Positions 13,932 through 27,340 of a stretch of DNA of 64,000 bases are shown in pieces. The stretch is taken from assembly GCF_009914755.1 (NCBI RefSeq), contig NC_060940.1; one strand, written 5' to 3'. A program made the position numbers and the translations under genes. Positions within the stretch are counted from its first letter, which is position 1. The number at the start of each line of letters is the position of its first letter. Origin of the DNA: the human T2T-CHM13v2.0 reference genome, Homo sapiens. A model generated the notes under the pieces. The model was not told the origin of the DNA. It did not search any database and was given only the letters and a program-made list of their open reading frames with translations.

Positions 13932-16900
13932 TCATTTGATGATGATTCCTTTCAAGTTCATTAGATGATTCCATTCGATTCCATTTGATGATGATCCCAT
14001 TCGAGTCCATTCAGTGATTCCACTCGTTTCCATTCCATGATGATTCCATTCCATTCCATTCAATGATTCCATTCGATTCCGTTTGATGATGATTTCATTC
14101 GAGTCCATTTGATGATTCCATTTGATTCCATTCGATGATGATTACATTCGAGTCCATACGATGATTCCACTCAATTCCATATGATGATGATTCCATTCGA
14201 TTCCATTCGATGATTCCATTCTATTCTATTCAATGGTGATTCCATTCGAGTACATTAGATGATTCCATTCGATTCCATTCAATGATGATTCTATTTGTGT
14301 CCCTTAGATGGTTCCACATGATTCCATTTCATGATGATACTATTTGAGCCCATCCAATGATTCCCTTCGATTCCATTCGATGAGGATTCCATTCGATTCA
14401 ATTCATTGGTGATTCTATTCAATCCAATTCTTTGATTCCATTCCATTCCATTCGACAATGATTCCATTCGATTTCTTTCGATGATTCCACTCGATTCCAC
14501 TTGACATTGATTCCATTCGATTCCATTCAATGATTCCGTTTGATTCCAGTGGATGATGATTGCCATCGATTCCATTCGATCACTCCATTCTATTCCATTT
14601 GATGATGATTACATTCGATTCCATTTGATGATTCCATCTGATTCTATTCGAGGATTCCATTTGATTCCATTCGATGATGATTCCATTCGAGTGCATTCGA
14701 TGATTTCATTCGAGTACATCCAATGATTCCATTCGAGTCCATTTGATTTTTCCATTTAATTACATTTGATTATGATTCTACTAGAGTCCATTCAATGACT
14801 CAATTCGAATCCATTCAACAATTCCATTCGAGGCCATTCGATGATTCCATTTCATGATTCCATTCGACTCCATTTAATCATTACAGTCGAGTCCATTTGG
14901 TGATTCCACTGGATTTCTTTTGATAATGATACCATTCAATTACATTTGATGATGATCCCATTCAATTTCATTTGATGGTGATTCCATTAGAGTCCATTCG
15001 ATGATTTCATTCGAGTCCCTTCATTGATTCCATCCGATTTCATTTGATGATGACTCCATTCGAGTCCATTCGATGATTCCACTCGATTCCATTAGATGAT
15101 TCCATTGGAGTCCATTTGATTGTTCCATTCGATTCTATTCGATTCCTTTCGAAGATTATTCCATTTGAGTCCATTCGATGATGATTCCATTCCATTCCAT
15201 TCGATGATTCCGTTTGATTCCATTCGATGATTCCCTTCGATTCCTTTCTTTGATGATTCCATTCCATTCCATTCAATGATTCCATTCGAATCTATTCCAT
15301 GATGATTCCTTTCGATTCCATTCGCTGATGTTTCCGTTCAATTCCATTCGATGATGATTCCATTCGATTCCATTCATTGAGGATTCCATTTGATTCCATT
15401 CAATGATGATTCCATTCTATTCCATTCAATGATTCCATTCAATTCCATTCAATGATTATCCCCTTAGAGTAAACTCAACGATTCCATTCAATACCATTCG
15501 ATGATGATTCCTTTTGAGTCCATTCAATGATTTCATTCAAGTCCATTTGATGATTCCTTTCAATTCCATTCTATGATGATTCCATTCGAGTCCATTCGAT
15601 GATTCCATTCGATTGCATTCGATGATTCCATTATATTCCATTCAACGGTGATTCCATTCGAGTCCATTCCATGATTCCATTAGAGTACATTTAATGATTG
15701 CTTTGTTTTCAATTCGAAGATGATTACATTGGATTCCATTCTATGATACCATTCGATTCCATTCAATGATGATTCCACTCAAATCCATTGGATGATTCCA
15801 TTCGTGTCCATTCGGTGATTTCATTAGATTCCATTCGAGGATGATTCCATTCGATTCCATTCGATGATTCCATTCAATTCCATTCGATGATGATTCCATT
15901 CCAGTCCATATGATCATTCCATTTGATTTCATTCGATGATGATTCCATTCGATTCCATTCGATGATTCCATTCTATTCCATTCGATGATGATTCCATTCG
16001 AGTCCATTCGATGATTCCATTCGAGTCCATTTAATGATTCCATTGGGTTCAATTCAATGATGATTACATTGGATTCCGTTCTATGATTCCATTCAATTCC
16101 GTTCATTGACAATTTGATTCCATTCGATGATGATTCCATTTGAGTTCATTCGATGATTCTATTTGATTCTCTTCGATGGTGATTCAATTCTATTATATTG
16201 GATGATTCCATTCGATTCCATTTGATGTTGATTCAATTCGATTCTATTCGATGGTGATTCCATTGGATTTCACTTCATGATTCTGTTCGATTCCATTCAA
16301 TGATGATTCACTTCTCGTCCATTGGATGATTCCATTTCATTCCATTCGATGATGATTCCATTCGATTCCATTCGATGATTCCATTTGATTCCATGCGTCG
16401 GTGAGCAATTCGATTCAATTCCATGATGATTCTATTTGATTCAATTAGATGATGTTTCCATTCGAATCCATTCCATGATTATTCCATTGGAATCCATTCG
16501 GCGATGATTCCATATGAGTCAATTCAATGATGATTCCATATGGGTCCGTTCGATGATAATTCCATTTGATTTCATTCGGTGCTTCTATTCAATTCCAGTC
16601 GATGATGATTCCGTTGGAGTCCATACGATGATTCCATTTGATTTCATTTGATGATGATTCCATTCGATGATGATTACATTGGATTCCATTCTATGATTCC
16701 ATTCAATTCCATTCGTTGATGATTCGATTCCATTCAATGATGATTCCATTTGAGTTCATTCGATGATTCTATTCGATTCCGTTCGATGGTGATTCAATTC
16801 TCTTATATTGGATGAATCCACTCGATTCCATTTGATGATTATTCCATTGGAGTCCACTTAGTGAATCCTTCAGATTCTACTCGAAGATGATTCCATTCAA

Positions 16901-19785
16901 GTCCATTCGATGATACCATTCAATTCCATTCGTTGATGCTTCCATTCAAGTGCATTCGATGATATCATTCGATTCCATTTGATGATAATTCCATGTCATT
17001 CCATGCGATGATTCTATTCGATTCCATTCAATGATAATTCCATTCAGTTCAGTGATTCCTCTGGACTCCATTTGATGATGATTCCATTCAATGATTCCAT
17101 TCGATTCTATTCGAAAATGATTCCATTTGAATCCATTTGATGATGATTCCATTAGATTCCATTTGATGATTCCATTCGATTCCATGCGACGATGATTCCA
17201 TTTGATTCCATTTGATGATTCCATTCTATTGTATTCGATGATGATTCCATTCGATTCCATTCGATGATGATTGGATTTGATTCCATTTGATGATTTCATT
17301 TGATTCCATTCGTTAATGATTTCGATCAATTCCATTCGATGATTCCATTCGATTCCATTCGATAATGATTACATCCGTGTCCATTCAATGATTTCATTTG
17401 AGCCTGTTCGATAATTCCATTTGAGTCCAACCAATGATTCCATTCATTTCCATTCAATGATTCCATTCGAGTCCATTTGATCATTCCGGTAGGGTCCATT
17501 CGATGTTGATTCCATTGGAGTGCATTCGATGATTCCATTCGAGTCCATTTTATGATTTGATTCGAGTCCTTTCGATGATTCCATTCGATTCCACTCGATG
17601 ATGATTTCATTCGAGTCCATTCGACACTTCCAATCGATTCCATTTGATGTTTCCATTCGAGTCCAATTGATGATTCCATTCAATTCCATTCGATGATGAT
17701 TCCGTACGATTCCATTCTGTGATGATTCCATGTGATTGCATTCAATGATGATTCCTTTAGATTGCATTCGATTGTGATTCATTTCGTCTTCATTCTATGG
17801 TTCCACAGGTTTCCATTCGTGTCCATTCCATTATTCCATTCTATTCCATTTGATGATGATTCCATTCGATTCCATTCATTGGTGATTCCACTCAATTCCA
17901 TTCAATGATTCCATTCCATTTCTTTCAACAATGATTCCATTAGTTTCTAATCGATGATCCACTTGATTCCATTTGACGACGATTCTATTCTTGTCCATTC
18001 GATGATTCCATTTGATTCCATATCATGTTGATTCCATTCGATTCCATACGATGATGATTCCATTCGAGTCCATTCCATGGTGATTCCATTCAATTCCATT
18101 CGATGATTCCTTTCGATTCCATTCGATGATGATGGCATTCGATTCCTTTCAATCATTCCCTTTGATTCCATTCAAAGGTGATTTCATTCAAGTCCATTCG
18201 ATAATTGCATTCGATTCCATTCTATGATGATTCCATTCGAGTCCATTTGATGATTCCATTCAATTCAAGTCAATGATGATTCCATTCGATTCCATTCGAT
18301 GATTCCATTCAATTCCATTCGATGATGATTCCATTCAAATCCATTCGATAATTCAATTCAAGTCCATTCGATGATGATTCCAATCGAATCCATTCAAAGA
18401 TTCCATTCAGTTCCATTCGATGATTCCCTTAGATTCCATTCGATGATTCCACTTGATTCCATTTACGATGATTCCATTCGATTCCATGTGATGATTCCAT
18501 TCAATTCTATTCAATGCTGTTTCCATTTGATTCCATTCGACCATGATTGCCTTTGATTCCATTCAATGACTCCATTCGGTTCCTTTTGATGATGATTCCG
18601 TTTGATTCCATTTCATTATTCCATTTGATTCCATTGGATGAGTCCATTCGATTACATTCGATTATTATTCCATTCGAGTGCATTAGATGATTCCATTCGA
18701 GTCCATTCGATGATTCCATTCGATTCCATTCGATGTTGATTCTGTTCAAATCCATTCGATGATTCCACTCGATTCCATTCGATGACTCCAGTTGATCCCA
18801 TTCGATGATTTCCTTTGATTCCCTTTGATGATCATTCCATTTGATTCAATTCGGTGATTTCATTTGATTCCATTCAGTGATGTTTCCATTCGACTCCATT
18901 CGATGATGATTCCATTCGACTCCATTCGATTATGATTTCATTCAATTCCATTCGATAATGATTCCCTTCGAGTCCATTCGATGATTCCATTCGATTCCAT
19001 TCAACAATGATTTGATTCGTGTCCATTCGATGATTCCATTTGATTCCACTTGATGATGATTCCATTCGAGTCCATTTGATGATTCCATTCAATTCCATTC
19101 TCCGATGATTTCTTTTGAGCCCATTCAATGCTTCCACTCGATTCCATATGATGATGACTCCATTCGATGAAATTCGATGATTCCATTCGCTTGCATTCGA
19201 TGATGATTCCACTTGAGTCCATTAGAAGATTCTATTCATTGTTATTCGATGATTCCATTCGATCTCATTCGATGATGATTCCATTCAACTCCATTCGATG
19301 TTTCCATTCGAGTTCATTCTATTATTCCATTAGATTCCATTCGATGATGATTCCATTCGATTCCATTTGATGATTGCATTCTATTTCATTTGATGATGAT
19401 TCCATTCGAGTCCACTCGATGATTCCATTCGAGTCCATTTAATGAATCCATTGGTTTCAATTCTATGATGATTACATTGGATTCCATTCGTTGATGATTT
19501 CATTCGGTTCCATTCAATGATGATTCCATTCAATTCCTTTCAATGTTTCCATTCAATTCCATACGATGATGATTCCATTTGATTTGATTCGACAGTGAGC
19601 CATTCGATTCAATTCCATGATGATTCTATTTGATTCCATTGGTTGACATTTCCATTCGAATCCATTCGATGATGATTCCCTTTGATTCCATTCAAAGATG
19701 ATTCCATTCTAGCCCATTCAATCATTCCATTCGATTCTATTCAATGATGATTCCATTCATGTCGATTTGGTGATTCCATTTGACT
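13932..19785 (+). repeat. 5854-bp unit (6112 minus deletions of 170, 10, 3 and 75 bp)
   Basis: Deletions are visible at ~14140, ~14850, ~19178 and ~19240, and their sizes sum exactly to 6112-5854=258. Confidence 0.85.
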
Positions 19786-21798
19786 TCATTTGATGATGAT
19801 TCCTTTCAAGTTCATTAGATGATTCCATTCGATTCCATTTGATGATGATCCCATTCGAGTCCATTCAGTGATTCCACTCGTTTCCATTCCATGATGATTC
19901 CATTCCATTCCATTCAATGATTCCATTCGATTCCGTTTGATGATGATTTCATTCGAGTCCATTTGATGATTCCATTTGATTCCATTCGATGATGATTCCA
20001 TTCGAGTCCATTCGATGATTCTATTCGAATCCATTTGATGATTTCTTTTGATTATAGTTGGTGATGATTCCATTGGAGTCCATTCAATGATTCCATTCGA
20101 TTCCAATCGATGGTGATTCCATTAGAGTCCATTTAATGATTCCATTTGATTCCAGTCTCTAATGATTACATTCGAGTCCATACAATGATTCCACTCAATT
20201 CCATATGATGATGATTCCATTCGATTCCATTCGATGATTCCATTCTATTCTATTCAATGGTGATTCCATTCAAATCCATTCGATAATTCAATTCAAGTCC
20301 ATTCGATGATGATTAAAATCGAATCCATTCAAAGATTCCATTCAGTTCCATTCGATGATTCCCTTAGATTCCATTCGATGATTCCACTTGATTCCATTTA
20401 CGATGATTCCATTCGATTCCATGTGATGATTCCATTCAATTCTATTCAATGCTGTTTCCATTTGATTCCATTCGACCATGATTGCCTTTGATTCCATTCA
20501 ATGACTCCATTCGGTTCCTTTTGATGATGATTCCGTTCGATTCCATTTGATGATTCCATTTGATTCCATTGGATGAGTCCATTCGATTACATTCGATGAT
20601 TATTCCATTCGAGTGCATTAGATGATTGCATTCGAGTCCATTCGATGATTCCATTCGATTCCATTCGATGTTGATTCTGTTCAAATCCATTCGATGATTC
20701 CACTCGATTCCATTCGATGACTCCAGTTGATCCCATTCGATGATTTCCTTTGATTCCCTTTGATGATCATTCCATTTGATTCAATTCGGTGATTTCATTT
20801 GATTCCATTCAGTGATGATTCCATTCGACTCCATTCTATGATGATTCCATTCGACTCCATTCGATTATGATTTCATTCAATTCCATTCGATAATGATTCC
20901 CTTCGAGTCCATTCGATGATTCCATTCGATTCCATTCAACGATGATTTGATTCGTGTCCATTCGATGATTCCATTTGATTCCACTTGATGATGATTCCAT
21001 TCGAGTCCATTTGATGATTCCATTCAATTCCATTCTCCGATGATTTCTTTTGAGCCCATTCAATGCTTCCACTCGATTCCATATGATGATGACTCCATTC
21101 GATGAAATTCGATGATGATTCCATTCGCTTGCATTCGATGATGATTCCACTTGAGTCCATTAGAAGATTCTATTCAATTACATTCCATGACGATTCCGTT
21201 CGAGTCCATTTGATGATTCCATTAGACTCCATTCGACGATGATTCCATTCGATGTTATTCGATGATTCCATTCGATCTCATTCGATGATGATTCCATTCA
21301 ACTCCATTCGATGTTTCCATTCGAGTTCATTCTATTATTCCATTAGATTCCATTCGATGATGATTCCATTCGATTCCATTTGATGATTGCATTCTATTTC
21401 ATTTGATGATGATTCCATTCGAGTCCACTCGATGATTCCATTCGAGTCCATTTAATGAATCCATTGGTTTCAATTCTATGATGATTACATTGGATTACAT
21501 TCGTTGATGACTTCATTCGGTTCCATTCAATGATGATTCCATTCAATTCCTTTCAATGTTTCCATTCAATTCCATACGATGATGATTCCATTTGATTTGA
21601 TTCGACAGTGAGCCATTCGATTCAATTCCATGATGATTCTATTTGATTCAATTGGTTGACATTTCCATTCGATTCCATTCGATGATGATTCCCTTTGATT
21701 CCATTCAAAGATGATTCCATTCTAGCCCATTCAATCATTCCATTCGATTCTATTCAATGATGATTCCATTCATGTCGATTTGGTGATTCCATTTGACT
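19786..21798 (+). repeat. 2013-bp truncated unit (local ~2-kb tandem duplication)
   Basis: At ~20271 the sequence jumps back to the block that begins at 18336 (CAAATCCATTCGATAATTCAATTCAAG). Confidence 0.85.
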
Positions 21799-24700
21799 TC
21801 ATTTGATGATGATTCCTTTCAAGTTCATTAGATGATTCCATTCGATTCCATTTGATGATGATCCCATTCGAGTCCATTCAGTGATTCCACTCGTTTCCAT
21901 TCCATGATGATTCCATTCCATTCCATTCAATGATTCCATTCGATTCCGTTTGATGATGATTTCATTCGAGTCCATTTGATGATTCCATTTGATTCCATTC
22001 GATGATGATTCCATTCGAGTCCATTCGATGATTCTATTCGAATCCATTTGATGATTTCTTTTGATTATAGTTGGTGATGATTCCATTGGAGTCCATTCAA
22101 TGATTCCATTCGATTCCAATCGATGGTGATTCCATTAGAGTCCATTTAACGATTCCATTTGATTCCAGTCTCTGATGATTACATTCGAGTCCATACGATG
22201 ATTCCACTCAATTCCATATGATGATGATTCCATTCTATTCCATTCGATGATTCCATTCTATTCTATTCAATGGTGATTCCATTCGAGTACATTAGATGAT
22301 TCCATTCGATTCCATTCAATGATGATTCTGTTTGTGTCCCTTAGATGATTCCACATGATTCCATTAGATGATGATACTATTTGAGCCCATCCAATGATTC
22401 CCTTCGATTCCATTCGATGAGGATTCCATTCGATTCAATTCATTGGTGATTCTATTCAATTCAATTCTTTGATTCCATTCCATTCCATTCGACAATGATT
22501 CCATTCGATTTCTTTCGATGATTCCACTCGATTCCACTTGACATTGATTCCCTTCGATTCCATTCAATGATTCCATTTGATTCCAGTGGATGATGATTGC
22601 CATCGATTCCATTCGATCACTCCATTCTATTCCATTTGATGATGATTACATTCAATTCCATTTGACGATTCCATCTGATTCTATTCGAGGATTCCATTTG
22701 ATTCCATTCGATGATGATTCCATTCGAGTCCATTCGATGATTTCATTCGAGTACATCCAATGATTCCATTCGAGTCCATTTGATGATTCCATTTGATTCC
22801 ATTTGATAATGATTCTACTAGAGTCCATTCAATGACTCCATTCGAGTCCATTCAACAATTCCATTCGACTCCATTTGATGATTCCATTCGATTCCATTTG
22901 ATGATTCCATTCGAGTCCATTTAATCATTACAGTCGAGTCCATTTGGTGATTCCACCGGATTTCTTTTGATAATGATACCATTCAATTACATTTGATGAT
23001 GATCCCATTCAATTTCATTTGATGGTGATTCCATTAGAGTCCATTCGATGATTTCATTCGAGTCCCTTCATTGATTCCATCCGATTTCATTGGATGATGA
23101 CTCCATTCGAGTCCATTCGATGATTCCACTCGATTCCATTAGATGATTCCATTGGAGTCCATTTGATTGTTCCATTCGATTCCATTCGATTCCTTTCGAA
23201 GATTATTCCATTTGAGTCCATTCGATGATGATTCCATTCCATTCCATTCGATGATTCCGTTTGATTCCATTCGATGATTCCCTTCGATTCCTTTCTTTGA
23301 TGATTCCATTCCATTCCATTCAATGATTCCATTCGAATCTATTCCATGATGATTCCTTTCGATTCCATTCGCTGATGTTTCCGTTCAATTCCATTCGATG
23401 ATGATTCCATTCGATTCCATTCATTGAGGATTCCATTTGATTCCATTAAATGATGATTCCGTTCTATTCCATTCAATGATTGCATTCAATTCCATTCAAT
23501 GATTATCCCCTTAGAGTAAACTCAACGATTCCATTCAATACCATTCGATGATGATTCCTTTTGAGTCCATTCAATGATTTCATTCAAGTCCATTTGATGA
23601 TTCCTTTCAATTCCATTCTATGATGATTCCATTCGAGTCCATTCGATGATTCCATTCGATTGCATTCGATGATTCCATTGTATTCCATTCAATGATGATT
23701 CCATTCGAGTCCATTCGATGTTTCCACTAGAGTACATATATTGGTTGCTTTGTTTTCAATTCGAAGATGATTACATTGGATTCCATTCTATGATACCATT
23801 CGATTCCATTCAATGATGATTCCACTAAAATCCATTGGATGATTCCATTCGTGTCCATTCGGTGATTTCATTAGATTCCATTCGAGGATGATTCCATTCG
23901 ATTCCATTCGATGATTCCATTCAATTCCATTCGATGATGATTCCATTCCAGTCCATATGATCATTCCATTTGATTTCATTCGATGATGATTCCATTCGAT
24001 TCCATTCGATGATTCCATTCTATTCCATTCGATGATGATTCTATTCGAGTCCATTCGATGATTCCATTCGAGTCCATTTAATGATTCCATTGGGTTCAAT
24101 TCAATGATGATTACATTGGATTCCGTTCTATGATTCCATTCAGTTCCGTTCATTGACAATTTGATTCCATTCGATGATGATTCCATTTGAGTTCATTCGA
24201 TGATTCTATTCGATTCTCTTCGATGGTGATTCAATTCTATTATATTGGATGATTCCATTCGATTCCATTTGATGTTGATTCAATTCGATTCTATTCGATG
24301 ATGATTCCATTGGATTTCACTTGATGATTCTATTCGATTCCATTCAATGATGATTCACTTCTCGTCCATTGGATGATTCCATTTCATTCCATTCGATGAT
24401 GATTCCATTCGATTCCATTCGATGATTCCATTTGATTCCATGCGACGGTGAGCAATTCGATTCAATTCCATGATGATTCTATTTGATTCAATTAGATGAT
24501 GTTTCCATTCGAATCCATTCCATGATTATTCCATTGGAATCCATTTGGCGATGATTCCATATGAGTCAATTCCATGATGATTCCATATGGGTCCGTTCGA
24601 TGATAATTCCATTTGTTTTCATTCGATGCTTCTATTCTATTCCAGTCGTTGATGATTCCGTTGGAGTCCATACGATGATTCCATTTGATTTCATTTGATG

Positions 24701-27340
24701 ATGATTCCATTCGATGATGATTACATTGGATTCCATTCTATGATTCCATTCAATTCCATTCGTTGATGATTCGATTCCATTCAATGATGATTCCATTTGA
24801 GTTCATTCGATGATTCTATTCGATTCCGTTCGATGGTGATTCAATTCTCTTATATTGGATGATTCCACTCGATTCCATTTGATGATTATTCCATTGGAGT
24901 CCACTTAGTGAATCCTTTAGATTCTACTCGAAGATGATTCCATTCGAGTCCATTCAATGATACCATTCAATTTCATTCGTTGATGCTTCCATTCAAGTGC
25001 ATTCGATGATATCATTCGATTCCATTTGATGATAATTCCATTTGATTCCATGCGATGATTCTATTCGATTCCATTCAATGATAATTCCATTCAATTCAGT
25101 GATTCCTCTGGACTCCATTTGATGATGATTCCATTCAATGATTCCATTCGATTCTATTCCAAAATGATTCCATTTGAATCCATTTGATGATGATTCCATT
25201 AGATTCCATTTGATGATTCCATTCGATTCCATTTGACGATGATTCCATTCGATTCCATTTGATGATTCCATTCTATTCTATTCGATGATGATTCCATTCC
25301 ATTCCATTTGATGATGATTGGATTCGATTCCATTTGATGATTTCATTTGATTCCATTCGTTAATGATTTCGATCAACTCCATTCGATGATTCCATTTGAT
25401 TCCATTCTATAATGATTACATCCGAGTCCATTCGATGATTCCATTTGAGCCCGTTCGATAATTCCATTTGAGTCCAATCAATGATTCCATTCATTTCCAT
25501 TCAATGATTCCATTCGAGTCCATTTGATCATTCTGGTAGGGTCCGTTCGATGTTGATTCCATTGGAGTGCATTCGATGATTCCATTCGAGTCCATTTTAG
25601 GATTTGATTCGAGTCCTTTCGATGATTCCATTCGATTCCACTCGATGATGATTTCATTCGAGTCCATTCGACACTTCCAATCGATTCCATTTGATGTTTC
25701 CATTCGAGTCCAATTGATGATTCCATTCAATTCCATTCGATGATGATTCCGTACGATTCCATTCTGTGATGATTCCATGTGATTGCATTCAATGATGATT
25801 CCTTTAGATTGCATTCGATTGTGATTCATTTCGTCTTCATTCTATGGTTCCACAGGTTTCCATTCGTGTCCATTCCATTATTCCATTCTATTCCATTTGG
25901 TGATGATTCCATTCGATTCCATTCATTGGTGATTCCACTCAATTCCATTCAATGATTCCATTCCATTTCTTTCAACAATGATTCCATTAGTTTCTAATCG
26001 ATGATCCACTTGATTCCATTTGACGACGATTCCATTCTTGTCCATTCGATGATTCCATTTGATTCCATATGATGATGATTCCATTCGATTCCATACCATG
26101 ATGATTCCATTCGAGTCCATTCAATGGTGATTCCATTCAATTCCATTCGATGATTCCTTTCGATTCCATTCGATGATGATGGCATTCGATTCCTTTCAAT
26201 CATTCCCTTTGATTCCATTCAAAGGTGATTTCATTCAAGTCCATTCGATAATTGCATTCGATTCCATTCTATGATGATTCCATTCGAGTCCATTTGATGA
26301 TTCCATTCAATTCAAGTCAATGATGATTCCATTCGATTCCATTCGATGATTCCATTGGATTCCATTCGATGATGATTCCATTCAAATCCATTCGATAATT
26401 CAATTCAAGTCCATTCGATGATGATTAAAATCGAATCCATTCAAAGATTCCATTCAGTTCCATTCGATGATTCCCTTAGATTCCATTCGATGATTCCACT
26501 TGATTGCATTTACGATGATTCCATTCGATTCCATGTGATGATTCCATTCAATTCTATTCAATGCTGTTTCCATTTGATTCCATTCGACCATGATTGCCTT
26601 TGATTCCATTCAATGACTCCATTCGGTTCCTTTTGATGATGATTCCGTTCGATTCCATTTGATGATTCCATTTGATTCCATTGGATGAGTCCATTCGATT
26701 ACATTCGATGATTATTCCATTCGAGTGCATTAGATGATTCCATTCGAGTCCATTCGATGATTCCATTCGATTCCATTCGATGTTGATTCTGTTCAAATCC
26801 ATTCGATGATTCCACTCGATTCCATTCGATGACTCCAGTTGATCCCATTCGATGATTTCCTTTGATTCCCTTTGATGATCATTCCATTTGATTCAATTCG
26901 GTGATTTCATTTGATTCCATTCAGTGATGTTTCCATTCGACTCCATTCGATGATGATTCCATTCGACTCCATTCGATTATGATTTCATTCAATTCCATTC
27001 GATAATGATTCCCTTCGAGTCCATTCGATGATTCCATTCGATTCCATTCAACGATGATTTGATTCGTGTCCATTCGATGATTCCATTTGATTCCACTTGA
27101 TGATGATTCCATTCGAGTCCATTTGATGATTCCATTGAATTCCATTCTCCGATGATTTCTTTTGAGCCCATTCAATGCTTCCACTCGATTCCATATGATG
27201 ATGACTCCATTCGATGAAATTCGATGATGATTCCCTTTGATTCCATTCAAAGATGATTCCATTCTAGCCCATTCAATCATTCCATTCGATTCTATTCAAT
27301 GATGATTCCATTCATGTCGATTTGGTGATTCCATTTGACT
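21799..27340 (+). repeat. 5542-bp unit (6112 minus a 570-bp deletion)
   Basis: Landmark spacing is canonical up to 26921, then GATGAAATTCGATGATGATTCC joins directly to CTTTGATTCCATTCAAAGATG at ~27230. Confidence 0.87.

Noticed and set aside
18371-26603. Short plus-strand ORFs (18371, 19167, 20306, 26418)
   Set aside because: They are chance openings caused by loss of a TGA through substitution or deletion in satellite sequence.
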